From: Mayamaea pseudoterrestris
Lineage: Eukaryota
Reading direction: 5' to 3'
DNA length: 64,000 bases
NCBI GenBank assembly: GCA_027923505.1
Contig: BROI01000035.1
Location: forward strand, 1 to 64,000
The notes beneath the pieces are model-generated. The model was not told where the DNA came from, made no database searches, and worked only from the letters and a program-made list of their open reading frames with translations. Shown piece after piece: positions 36,187 to 46,703 of the stretch. How positions within the stretch are numbered: the first letter of the stretch is position 1; the number at the start of each line of letters is the position of its first letter. Made by a program: the position numbers and the translations under genes.

Positions 36187-38461
36187 TCACATGAATGAAT
36201 CAAACTCATCATCTTCGTCGTCCACAATCTCTTCCATCTGCTCGATTGACTTCCTTGCTCGTTTCTTTTTCAGAAGAACGTGCACAAGGCCGGTATTTAT
36301 AGCGTCTAGCAATGTATCACACTGAATCCACTCAACGCCACTCATAATCGATGATTTAATACCCTTCTTGGGCCATTTTCGAAAGTTGCCATCCTTGGGG
36401 GTTACCACGCGAGAAAATCCCATTCGGCGAGCTTCTTCCACACGCTTCTCGAGTGACCCGACAGCGCGAAGCTCACCCAAAAGTCCAATCTCGCCTACAA
36501 ATGCAGTGTCCGATCGTACAGCAATGTTTGACAGACTGCTTACGATAGCGACGGCAACCGCCAAATCAGCGGCATTTCCCTCTCCTCGATCGAGCCGCAT
36601 TCGTCCAACGACGTTGATGTAAACATCTTGTCGGGACATGAAGATGCCGCATCGCTTTTGTAAAACTCCTAGTAACAGTAATAATCTCGATGTTGCTACC
36701 CCATCGCAGGTTCTCCTGCCAAAGCCACTTCCCCCGCTGGCGGCCGTGACCAGCGCCTGCACTTCGATGGCAATGGCTATCATGCGATAACGCAAACGTT
36801 GGGAACAGTGAATGGTGGTCAACAAGAAACTAACTGGCCACATCCATTATTTAACTTACCGCGTCGCCCTTCCAATGCAATCGCCGTGGCAGATCCGTCC
36901 ATGTCTTCCTGCGTTGCACGATGCGCCAGAAAGAGTGACGAGGGATCGGACACTGGTAAAAGTCGCCCTCTTGTCATTTCGTAAACACCAATTTCGTCCG
37001 AGCTTCCAAAGCGATTCTTGGAGGCTCGCAAGATTCGAACGGTGCTCATGGGACCGCCATTAGAAGGTCCTTCTAAGTACAAAACGCAATCAACCATGTG
37101 CTCGACAGTTCGTGGACCGGCAACACCACCTGACTTTGTCACATGACCGACTAACACAATGGGAACCATGCAAGATTTGGCCAGCCGGAGAAACAGACTT
37201 ACACATTCCCGCACTTGCGTAATACCTCCCGCTGCTGATGCGCCACCGGCGTTGCATACCATGGTTTGAATTGAGTCAATCACGAGTAGCGAAGGTGGTC
37301 GCTGTCTTTGTAAAATCTCCGCATCAAGCTGCTGCAATTTATTTAAATCGTTTCCAGCGGCACATGCTTGATAGACCATGTGACAAAGTGAATCTGCGTG
37401 AGTTTCACTCAGCAAGTAAAGCTCTGGAGCCTCAATTCCCAATCGCATTGCCCGTGAGGCAATCTGTGGACCGAATGGACGATGATGTGAGAGATGAGTA
37501 CGACTTGACACGTGCAAGGCGGATTATGCAGTATGCTTACCTGATCCTGCGTCTCTTCTCCACTGATATACCACACTGGGCCTGGCCCTTGTGTCGTCTG
37601 TGCTGCAGTGATTGGTCCCATGCCAATTCCTGGCAAAGGTGCACACTCGGCGGCAATACTACCAGCCAGTTGCAAGAGGAGCGTACTCTTGCCCACACCA
37701 GGTTCTCCTCCCATGAGTGTCAAACTTGCCGGCATGATGCCTCCGCCGAGCACATTGTTGAGTTCCTGGTCGTCTGGTACCTGAAGCTGCTCACGCGACT
37801 TAGTATTTGCGCTGGAATGAATAACATTCAAAAGTCGCGTCGGCACATTCAAGCCAGCTCCTGGCGTCCCATCCAACCAAGAGTTTCCATTGTTCGATGA
37901 TCGTCCAAACGATCCATTCATTGGTGATGTGGCAGGCCGACCGCTCATGGCACCTAATTGCATCATTCCGTCCGCTTGCCTAGAAACAAATTGCTCCTCC
38001 AGTGTATTCCACTCCTTGCAAGTTGGACAGCGTCCCATCCACTTGACATATTCGCTCGCACAATTGCTGCATACGTGGATACTTGCCGTCCCAGAAGAAG
38101 ATCTGCCCATGGCCTTGCGCTGGGAAGGACTGGATCGACCAGAATTTAAACCATACGCCATGGTGGATGCCTTAAAGTTGGCAACATCAACATTTGGTAT
38201 TTCGTCGTATCCATCATCAGCGTCATCATCATCCTCTTCGTCTTCGTCATCTTCGTTACTTCGTGCACGGAGTTTCAAAGTTTGTAATTGTCTGGAACAA
38301 TCAAGGGGAGCCGTGGAGAATGAATTCCTCGAATGATGAGTTTTGGTGTTCAAAGCGAAGTCGAACGATGACGACGGCCTCGCATGAGACGTCACCCATG
38401 CCGAAACTACTATTGCATTGAATGGTAAAGTCACGAACGCAGCAGTGGTCAATGTTACCAT
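36187..38461 (-). CDS. radA: DNA repair protein RadA/Sms, probably plastid-targeted; introns 37464-37540, 36777-36859
   Basis: Zn finger CSNC...WMGRCPTCKEWN, Walker A GGEPGVGKSTLLLQ, YISGEE, IDSIQT, GHVTK.G.VAGP..VEHMVD, KNRFG, GEIGLLGELR; presequence VVSA-W. Confidence 0.9.
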
Positions 38462-38630
38462 GGGATACTTGAATTGTTGCCAATTCTTTCGAAAATCCGA
38501 GACAGTTTTGATCTGTGAAGATTTGTCATACTGCGCGTAGCTTATTGCACAAGGACCAAATGAGTATATTATAGATAAGGGTTTTCTCGGAAGTTTGTTG
38601 CAGTTAGTGCACACTATCACGAAAGTGCTA

Positions 38631-38805
38631 AATGTCAATTAATGTCAATTACGTCACAAGGCAATAGTGCGAAACGAGTGCCAGTGTCAATTACGTCATA
38701 AGGCTTTATTACGAAACGAGTGCCAGTGTCAATTACGTCATATAAGACTGCAGTACGAAACGAGTGCCATTGTCAATTACGTCACAAGGGGCAATAGTTC
38801 GAAAC
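38631..38805 (+). repeat. 42-44-bp tandem array (about 4 units), related to the 7241-7440 array
   Basis: TGTCAATTACGTCA at 38643, 38685, 38727 and 38771, alternating with CGAAACGAGTGCCA. Confidence 0.95.
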
Positions 38806-38965
38806 ATGATCAGGGCACCCTTTCAAAAGAATTGGTTCATCGGTTCATTATCGTCGTCCTTTGGGACAGTTCCGTCCTGTCAAGCTGCAAGTAGATCCGG
38901 CAGACGAGGTTGATATTTAAGTAGCGTTCAGGCTTTTTGGACGCTATCGCTTGTTGGTTGCCCGG

Positions 38966-39005
38966 TCGTTCGTTCGTTCGTTCGCTCGCTCGTTCGCTCG
39001 TTCGT
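38966..39005 (+). repeat. (TTCG/CTCG)n microsatellite just upstream of the APH gene
   Basis: tcgttcgttcgttcgttcgctcgctcgttcgctcgttcgt. Confidence 0.85.
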
Positions 39006-39028
39006 TACGACCATCACCATCATCCATC

Positions 39029-40318
39029 ATGACAACGCACGTGCCAATGGCGAAACAGCAAGGTCAAGGTACAACTCCTGTGAGGGAAATCATTCGAATT
39101 GATACATTGGCTTCCTGGATGTCGAATCAGCCAGAGCTGCGACTCATTTTCTTATTCAATAATCTCGCAACCGATGACATTGAGCTTCGACAGTTTGGTT
39201 TTGGTCAATCGAATCCAACCTATTTGGTCTCCGTTCGTCGACTTGATCACAAGATGGAGGAGCCTCATTACATCAATCTTGTACTACGCAAGAAGCCTAG
39301 ACATGTCGCCCACAGAACAGCTCACCAACTTGACCGAGAGTTCAAAGTTCTGTCGGCTCTAACCAATCACAACAAATCACACCCAAACCGCACCGTTCCA
39401 ATCCCTCAAGTCTACGCATACTGCAACGACTTGAACGTTATTGGAACAGAGTTTTACGTTATGGAGTATATGCATGGACGAATATTTACCAATCCGGCCT
39501 TGCCAAACGTCCAAGATGCAAGTCACCGCCACGCGTGCTATCAAGACGCTGTTCGAGTGCTTGCGAATTTACATTCTGTCAATTACACGGCTGTTGGACT
39601 GGAGAATTACGGAAGACCATCTCGCTATGTTGAGCGTCAGCTGCAGCGACTGCTTGCAGTGAGTCAAAGGCAGGCAGAGCTGCTCGCGGAGAACAACGGC
39701 CGTGGTAGCGACGACAGACAGAACAACTACCAAATATTGCAAGCACGCATTGAACAACTGGCTCATCAATTGTCTGCCTTGGCGCCATTTTGTCCCGACT
39801 CGACGACTCTTGTTCACGGCGACTACAAGATGGATAATCTTGTCTTTCATCCGACGGAACCAAAAGTTATCGCCGTCCTAGACTGGGAACTGAGTACACT
39901 TGGTGATCCGCTTTGCGATGTCGCTAATTTAAGCATGATGTATTTTATTTCGCATCGGTCGGTCGTAGGAATTACAGGAATACAAGGTCTCGCGAGTCCG
40001 GAACGTAGGGGCATTTTAAAGCGCGGCGAGCTACTCGAATTGTACATGCAACAACGCCATGGCATCGGCAGTAGCAGCATCACACTGGACGTTGCTCAAG
40101 ACTGGGCGGGTTACTACTTGGCCGTTCTTTTCTTCAAAAACGCTGTCATCGTTCAAGGGGTGGCCCAACGATCCAAGCTTGGAGTAGCGACGAGCGCTGC
40201 GGCTGCAAAAGTAGCAGAGCTCCTGCCCATGACGTTGACGACGGGTCGAGAGTTGTTACAACGGTTTCCTCCGCTTGCTGCATCAAAAGGAGGCAGGCTG
40301 ACTCTAAGTCGACTTTAA
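39029..40318 (+). CDS. Stand-alone ACAD10/11-type phosphotransferase (APH family) with peroxisomal PTS1
   Basis: QFGFGQSNPTY, VLRKKP...AHQLDREF, GTEFYVMEY..GRIF, VHGDYKMDNL, VLDWELSTLGDP; C-terminus -SRL. Confidence 0.88.
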   Translation: MTTHVPMAKQQGQGTTPVREIIRIDTLASWMSNQPELRLIFLFNNLATDDIELRQFGFGQSNPTYLVSVRRLDHKMEEPHYINLVLRKKPRHVAHRTAHQLDREFKVLSALTNHNKSHPNRTVPIPQVYAYCNDLNVIGTEFYVMEYMHGRIFTNPALPNVQDASHRHACYQDAVRVLANLHSVNYTAVGLENYGRPSRYVERQLQRLLAVSQRQAELLAENNGRGSDDRQNNYQILQARIEQLAHQLSALAPFCPDSTTLVHGDYKMDNLVFHPTEPKVIAVLDWELSTLGDPLCDVANLSMMYFISHRSVVGITGIQGLASPERRGILKRGELLELYMQQRHGIGSSSITLDVAQDWAGYYLAVLFFKNAVIVQGVAQRSKLGVATSAAAAKVAELLPMTLTTGRELLQRFPPLAASKGGRLTLSRL

Positions 40319-40430
40319 TAGTACAGCAACAAGGAGTACGGAGTACGGAATACGGTAGATGTTTATGATGCTGCAATAGCCGACCGATACGGTGTGGTCA
40401 TATTGCCCATACTAAAAAACCATTGCTTGA

Positions 40431-41429
40431 CTACGCAAACACAATATGTGGCCACTCCTTGTGTAATATTATGACATTTTCTGGCGTCAAGTCGCTTCGA
40501 AACCATTGGAGCGACATACTCGAGCGACGTACAAAGTGCATGAGTGCAGCCTGCGGAATAGGTTGGACTCGCCTATGGTGTCTACCGGTAGAACCGACTG
40601 AGTCTGGCATCAAGACGCAATACCGACAATTCTTTACGGAGACTCGTTGCAGCTTGTCGCCGAATCGCTGCAACATGTGCATGGGAGCAGTACTGTCTTC
40701 ATCATTGTCACCGTTCTGACAACACATTCGATCGACAAGGCCCTGTCGATGCGCGTGAAACATAGAATGGTCCATGTGAATTTCAGTCAAATCAGGTGAA
40801 TGCGGAAGCAATAATCCCAGCAAAGGTACTGACATGCGTTGATGCGTCCACTGCAGCACTTTCAAATTGCAGCAGCAATTGGATAGAGTCACAGGTGGCG
40901 GTTGACAGTGGGATAAATTCAAACTTTCTAGGTCGGGAAGGCACGCCAGGAGAGTCTCCAATACTCCAGTTTCAATGTAGATTGTCGTACAGTTAGCTTT
41001 CGCTGGTGACATGTCGAGATGTCTGACATTTTTGACGCTCATAGCGCTGGTATCAATACGAATGTTGTCGTACTCGAGGTGATTGCCATTGCACCTGACC
41101 GTGATTTCGGATAGTCGATCCGGTTGCTGGATCACGAGTCGATGAAGCTTCCGAAACAACCCTTGCTCATTCAAATTGTTTATGCAGGTTAACATGCTCT
41201 CTATCGACCCAGATACGCATCTAATGTATGCAGATCGAAGCTGAGAAAGCGAGGAATGTTGGCAGTCATCTCGCAGCATTTGACAAACAGGAGCAACGTC
41301 GGCAAGATCATCAATGTCCAAATGGCTGAATATTAGTATGCGAAGCTCTTCTGGGAGGTTCATATTGTCTCGCTCGATGTGGCCTGGTCTTTGGAAGCAG
41401 TAGTGTGGAGGTGCATGCACTTGGCTCAT
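40431..41429 (-). CDS. F-box protein with LRR-like C-terminus
   Basis: LPEELRILIFSHLDIDDLADVAPVC (F-box); LPDLESLNLSHC and LTEIHMD repeats. Confidence 0.7.
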   Translation of the reverse strand: MSQVHAPPHYCFQRPGHIERDNMNLPEELRILIFSHLDIDDLADVAPVCQMLRDDCQHSSLSQLRSAYIRCVSGSIESMLTCINNLNEQGLFRKLHRLVIQQPDRLSEITVRCNGNHLEYDNIRIDTSAMSVKNVRHLDMSPAKANCTTIYIETGVLETLLACLPDLESLNLSHCQPPPVTLSNCCCNLKVLQWTHQRMSVPLLGLLLPHSPDLTEIHMDHSMFHAHRQGLVDRMCCQNGDNDEDSTAPMHMLQRFGDKLQRVSVKNCRYCVLMPDSVGSTGRHHRRVQPIPQAALMHFVRRSSMSLQWFRSDLTPENVIILHKEWPHIVFA

Positions 41430-41629
41430 GGTAAAGATTCCAATTTGAAACGACAACGGATTTTAATTAACCGCTGCGACACGTGTGACTCGCGGTCACT
41501 GACGCATGATGACCACATCCATGCCCTCGCGCATTTTTTCTTCTCTTTCTTCATCAACCTGCCTCTGGTATTTATATTAAACAAACAGCAGGCGGCCGTT
41601 GCAGCATAGAAAGTATCCATTTCACTGCA

Positions 41630-42484
41630 ATGTTATCACTTTTGGCAAAGCGAGTCGCTACTTTGCGGGAAAGCAATGATGGTCATCCGCTAGCCACCAG
41701 CGTGTCCGACCTTTACCTGGCCTTTCCGTATGATCGCTTGCCATCCGACAACTCCCTCATTGCATTTGTCATGCGGCCAGAGGTGATGCTTCTTCTTATT
41801 GGCGTGTATATACTGTCAGAGAAGCCACTCAATAGACTTCGACGGACTCAATGGGGCACCACCTTTTGTAAAGGCCCGGTCTTTCGGATGCTCGTGGCCT
41901 TCCACAATCTGCAACTCGCAATATTTTCCTTTGCATGCGTATTCAACGTGTTGCCGCTCGTCTACAAGCATTATAGGCAATATGGTTTTATGGCAATATA
42001 TTGCGACAGAGATGGACTGCTTTGGCGCAGTGGATTTGGGGCATGGAGCATTCTCTTTTACCTATCAAAGTACTGGGAGTTTGTCGATACGTGGATACTT
42101 GTTCTCAAGGGCAAGGGCGCCAACTTTCTGCAAGTCTACCATCATTCGGGCATTGTCTTTGTCATGCATGGAGCGGTTGCCAGTCAAAGTTCCTGGCTGC
42201 TCATAGTTGTGCTGCTAAACGCAGCAATCCATACACTCATGTACACGTACTTTTGCATAAAGACAATTGCACCAAAACTAGAAATCAAGGCCGCCAAGTA
42301 CTTGACCATGGCGCAAATTGGGCAGTTCCTGCTTGGCATGGCGAGTACATACGGGGTATTATTCATGGGCAATTCTTGCGGCTCGATTAGTAGTCGATTC
42401 AGCTTGACCTGTCTACATGTGTATGGAATCGGATTAATCGCTCTGTTTGTTTCCTTTGCCAAACGAAAATACAAACAACAATAA
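41630..42484 (+). CDS. ELO/GNS1-family fatty acid elongase (QxxHH variant)
   Basis: HN, FYLSKYWEFVDT, FLQVYHH, NAAIHTLMYTYF, TMAQIGQF; Lys-rich C-terminus. Confidence 0.9.
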   Translation: MLSLLAKRVATLRESNDGHPLATSVSDLYLAFPYDRLPSDNSLIAFVMRPEVMLLLIGVYILSEKPLNRLRRTQWGTTFCKGPVFRMLVAFHNLQLAIFSFACVFNVLPLVYKHYRQYGFMAIYCDRDGLLWRSGFGAWSILFYLSKYWEFVDTWILVLKGKGANFLQVYHHSGIVFVMHGAVASQSSWLLIVVLLNAAIHTLMYTYFCIKTIAPKLEIKAAKYLTMAQIGQFLLGMASTYGVLFMGNSCGSISSRFSLTCLHVYGIGLIALFVSFAKRKYKQQ

Positions 42485-42541
42485 CAGTACAGTAGTAATC
42501 GTATGTGTTGTCCAAAATTATTCAGACTTGTGTTAGTCGCT

Positions 42542-44596
42542 TTAGTGACCACTTCGCGCCACCTTGAGTGCGTGCTTCAGCAAACTCCTGACGTAACCAA
42601 GACCAGCATCAAGCCCTTGTTCCGGAACGTAAATAACGAGTGATCCACGTCCATCAGGTATATATCCTATCACAAATTCGAAAAAAGCGGTATTCGGGTC
42701 TTGCGAAGCAGCGCCAATGCGAGCTTGCAGGGCAAGGGCATCAGCAACTTTTGTTAATCGGGTTCTCAGGCGGTTCGCCAATGCGAGGTGGGTGAGTAAA
42801 TGCGGCCCCGTAAAGCGAAAAGTGACGACCACATGAATGTCGGCGGCGTCGCAATTATTTTTCAAAAAGTCGTAAATTGAGTCCGCTGTTTCAAATTGTA
42901 TTTGACGCGACATGTGCACGTCACGAGATCCACTTTTTGATTCAGACAACGCGGCTGCAACGCGATCCTCAATTGTCGACGATGCATCAGTAGTGCATTT
43001 GTCAACAACTTGTACTACGCCAACGCGAAGGATACGATCAAGCGGTTTGGGCTTGCTCATGTGCTTGGCGTTTTCCACTCGTATCCGGTGAAAAAACGAC
43101 TTAGAGTCGCGAAGAAGCAAGACCGTGTAAATTTCACCGGCGATCGCCTTTGATTTCTCGTTTGATCCTTTAGGAAGCACCAAGAGTCCATCAGCATCTC
43201 GCATGCTCAGCAGTCGACTGGATTGTTGACTCCCAGTGGACGTGACAGAGAATGTGGTCATGCCACCATCCTGAGAAGCTGAGTCAACGATGACTCTGTG
43301 ATATTCGGGTCTTGTTGAATCGAGTGTAATATCATGGGTCAATCTCGCTTGTATTTCGGGATGCACCAACGCGCGATTTACCATATCACGAATGCGCTCC
43401 TCAGTGTTGCAACGGCCGTCTGGTCCTACGCCAACATCTCCACCACTGACATGCATCATATCCAGGCACGGCCGAACCAGTAAATGCGCACACACAATCG
43501 CGCTGACTGGATTTCCTGGCAGACAAAAGACTAGACGATCACCAAATTTAGTTGAAACAGTGCAAAAGGTGGTTGGTTTGCCAGGTTTCATGTTAAGTCG
43601 ACCAAAGTGTAGCTTGCCCCCTAGTCTGTCAATTATCACATGCTTGACAATGTCGGATTCGCCCATTGAGACGCCTCCTGTCGTGACAATGATTTCGCAT
43701 CGTTCAAGTTGCGACTCTAACACTCTAGTCATGTTGTCAAGGTCATCGTCCCGAGCAACGCCAAGGTCAATGCACTGGCAGTTTCCAAATTCTTGCAAAA
43801 GTGCGACCAAGACTGGTCGGTTTACGTCTGGAATCAAGCCATGTTGTTGTTCATCACTAACAGTTGCAGACGATTCCAATAGTTCATTTCCCGTCGACAA
43901 GACGCCAACTGTAACGTTTTTTCGAATAACAACATTTTGACAATTCGATTGTAGTAACAATCCTAAGGCACTGGCGTCTAGCATGCGATTTTGCGGCAAA
44001 ACAGTGGTATCTTCCGGTATGTCGGATCCCACGGAGCGAATCCACTTGTTGATAGCAATTGTAGCAGTTGGCGAAATGGCCAATAGTCGATTGTCGTCGA
44101 AATTCGTCACACGACAGTCCTCCACGGGGACGACGCAGTCAAAGGATTCTGGAACGACGGCTCCAGTCGTGACATAGTACGCAGCAAATACAGCTTCTCC
44201 CTCTATAAAATCTTGTTGTTTCGGTGCGTCGCCGGCGAAAATCTTGTCATTGACAACGTGCGAGTACCGGTGGTTCGACGATGCGGCCGTCGGATCATTG
44301 TCGGCGTGATCTTGCTTCTTTGAGAATGAGGCCTCGTAATCAGCTACTCGAATCGCATATCCATCCATAATTGACGCCCGATAGGGAGGATAGCCTGGCG
44401 CTGCCATGACAACTGCTTCAGCAAGTCTGGCATTGTGTAAATTGGGATCGTTCGGTGCGAGGCGCAGGCAAGGTCGAGGCTGGATGAGCAAAAGCCGAGC
44501 TGTTTCGTGCAAAACGATGCGAATTGCATCTGGTACATTTATCATGGAATGAGGGCTGCTATTTTCTGCGTTCGAGGGCGACATAGTTGGAGGCAT
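42542..44596 (-). CDS. CNX1: Molybdopterin molybdotransferase Cnx1/gephyrin (MoeA E-domain plus degenerate C-terminal G-like domain)
   Basis: PPYRASIMDGYA, TTGA.VP, STGNEL, TTGGVSMG, KPGKP, LPGNPVS, RPEYHR, GSQQSSRLLSM. Start uncertain. Confidence 0.85.
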   Translation of the reverse strand: MPPTMSPSNAENSSPHSMINVPDAIRIVLHETARLLLIQPRPCLRLAPNDPNLHNARLAEAVVMAAPGYPPYRASIMDGYAIRVADYEASFSKKQDHADNDPTAASSNHRYSHVVNDKIFAGDAPKQQDFIEGEAVFAAYYVTTGAVVPESFDCVVPVEDCRVTNFDDNRLLAISPTATIAINKWIRSVGSDIPEDTTVLPQNRMLDASALGLLLQSNCQNVVIRKNVTVGVLSTGNELLESSATVSDEQQHGLIPDVNRPVLVALLQEFGNCQCIDLGVARDDDLDNMTRVLESQLERCEIIVTTGGVSMGESDIVKHVIIDRLGGKLHFGRLNMKPGKPTTFCTVSTKFGDRLVFCLPGNPVSAIVCAHLLVRPCLDMMHVSGGDVGVGPDGRCNTEERIRDMVNRALVHPEIQARLTHDITLDSTRPEYHRVIVDSASQDGGMTTFSVTSTGSQQSSRLLSMRDADGLLVLPKGSNEKSKAIAGEIYTVLLLRDSKSFFHRIRVENAKHMSKPKPLDRILRVGVVQVVDKCTTDASSTIEDRVAAALSESKSGSRDVHMSRQIQFETADSIYDFLKNNCDAADIHVVVTFRFTGPHLLTHLALANRLRTRLTKVADALALQARIGAASQDPNTAFFEFVIGYIPDGRGSLVIYVPEQGLDAGLGYVRSLLKHALKVARSGH

Positions 44597-45038
44597 TCCT
44601 AGTTGTAGTGCAGCGAGTCGCTTGCTAAACATCCAAGTGTTATACCGGTACGCGTAACCGCGAAGATCCGTCGCTGCGAAGCAAAGTGACATCGTAGCGT
44701 ATCGCAACGCCACTAAGGAACGTACTTTATGAAGGACAGTCAATTCATCCAAGTTGTCGTTGAGCTCAAACCTTAACTATCTTCCGATTGCGGAAACGGA
44801 TCGCCGCGTCGACACGTCAACCATGATGTGGCAACAAGCGTCAAGAACAAGAGCATACGAAGCATCTTTCTGCGTCCGCAACTCGTCGAGGACAGCTCTG
44901 CATACACTACAGTACACCACTGTTGTAGCATAGCGAAGCTACTGACCGAGTGACTTTTTACAGTGATCAAGGGCCAGGGACACACTGTCAGCACGATAAT
45001 TCCGATCGCTTGCAGTTTCATACACCACATACCACATC

Positions 45039-45564
45039 ATGCTGTCACGAACCTTGACTTTCTTGTTATCCTCGCTGCTGTTGTTGCTTGCAGCAAGCAG
45101 CAATGTCTCTGCCTTTGTCGTGAAACAACCATCAGGCGCCGCCAAGAAACTGATCTCATCGCCATCGTCACCAACGATCGATTCTACGGCTCGTTTCATC
45201 TTCAACCGTAACAAAAAGGATGATGACGAAGACTTGAGCTTTCTTGAGACAAGAGACATGACCCGTCGAGAAATGGAGGCATACAATCAGAGGAGCGAAC
45301 AAATCATGAATGCGGAACTTTGGGGTATGACATTTTTCAGGTACGTGAGTGAACGAACTTCATCGATTGCAGCGACGCAGCGAAACATGTTTCCAAAATG
45401 TTCAAGCCAATGTCTAAACATGGGCTCATTATCTTATTTGACTGTCGCGCCTGTTCCCGTTGCATTACAGCTTGGTTCTTTCCATTCCTATGCTTTATCT
45501 TGTCTATGTCGGATTCTTTGCTGACACGGCGGGAATTGATGAGTCGCTCGATATTACGTACTAA
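45039..45564 (+). CDS. Small plastid-targeted single-TM protein of unknown function; intron 45341-45470
   Basis: Signal peptide ending NVSA-F. Splicing gives ELWGMTFFSLVLSIPMLYLVYVGFFADTAGIDESLDITY*. Confidence 0.7.
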
Positions 45565-45943
45565 GGTAATTCAATTGGTACCGCAATGGGCAGCTGGTGG
45601 GCCAAAACGTAATATGGTATAATACTAGATAGAGTGATACCGGTAGCTCTCGCCGCGGCGTGTGTAAAACAACGATCGTTAGAGCTCGAGATAAGACTAC
45701 ATGGCTGCGAGAACGTAGTCCTATAAAAATCTGGCAAATGCCAGGTCAATGAAGAAATCGTCTCCCTATAAGAGGCACCAAGCAACGACTGTAGCTCGTT
45801 ACGCTGGAGCTCAACCCGCATGCAGCGTTTTCGGACCTTTTCAATGCGCCCGTGAGCTGTGTCAAGGAAGACTCATAGGCAGATATCAATGAATTCATCC
45901 ACCGTCCATCGTAAATCCTTATCCTGATGCACGACATACATCA

Positions 45944-46703
45944 TAATTGTGGTAGGATATATCCGGACATGCTTCACGAGATTAATGGTGTCTGACACTG
46001 CGACACAGATGACGTCAAGCCTGTGGCGCAAGCAATGACCCCTCACAATGACCGTGTTAGCTATTCCCAAATACATTGCTTTACCTGCTCTCAAAAAGCC
46101 ATTGACTACCACTTAATTACTGTAATCTCTAACCTCTCCTTTTGTTCCATATAGACATGAATTGTTGGCATCAACCCATCAAATGGTTGCTTTGAAGGCC
46201 AGTGTCTACTGTTTGGCAGTATTTGTGCGCGCGGAGCGCGCAAAAGTCTTTGCAGGCTTTGTAAAACCATTGATCCTACCACCTCCCCGCCCAGCGAATG
46301 TGTTTAAGGGCTAATTGTGGTAGGATATATCCGGACATGCTTCACGAGATTAATTGTGTGATACTGCCGCTGCGACCGCATGACGTTTCGCTTTGAGCGC
46401 CCGCAATGACCATTCACAATGACCGTGTTAGCTATCCCAAGTAGCATTGCTTTACTTTAGGAGTAGGCTCTCAAAGAGTCATTGATTACTGTTTGATCTA
46501 TGCAATCTCTAGTCTTTCCTTTTGTACAAGATTATTGGCATCTACCCATCTAGATTTTGGCTACAAATAAGCAAATTGATGTGAGGCCAGTATTATTTTA
46601 CTTTTGTCTGCGGTTTGGCAGTGTTTGCGCGCGCGAAGCGCGCGAATGCCACTGCTCCCTAAAAAGCATTGATCCTACCACCTCCCCGCTCCGCGAATGT
46701 GTT
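45944..46703. mobile_element. Two tandem diverged copies (about 360 and 390 bp) of a non-coding element with subterminal inverted repeats and hairpins; putative non-autonomous Helentron/HINE-like element
   Basis: Both copies begin TAATTGTGGTAGGATATATCCGGACATGCTTCACGAGATTAAT. The 10-bp IR GTGGTAGGAT/ATCCTACCAC lies at 45949/46273 and 46317/46672. The duplication is certain; the element class is inferred. Confidence 0.55.

Noticed and set aside
36187..38461. Bacterial-type radA as contamination or recent HGT
   Set aside because: It has spliceosomal introns and a plastid-type presequence; organellar RadA is already known in photosynthetic eukaryotes.
45561..46112. Two minus-strand ORFs in the same frame separated by one TGA at 45873-45875 (possible selenoprotein or pseudogene)
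   Set aside because: No recognisable protein family, redox motif or SECIS element; the upstream part lies within the duplicated non-coding element.
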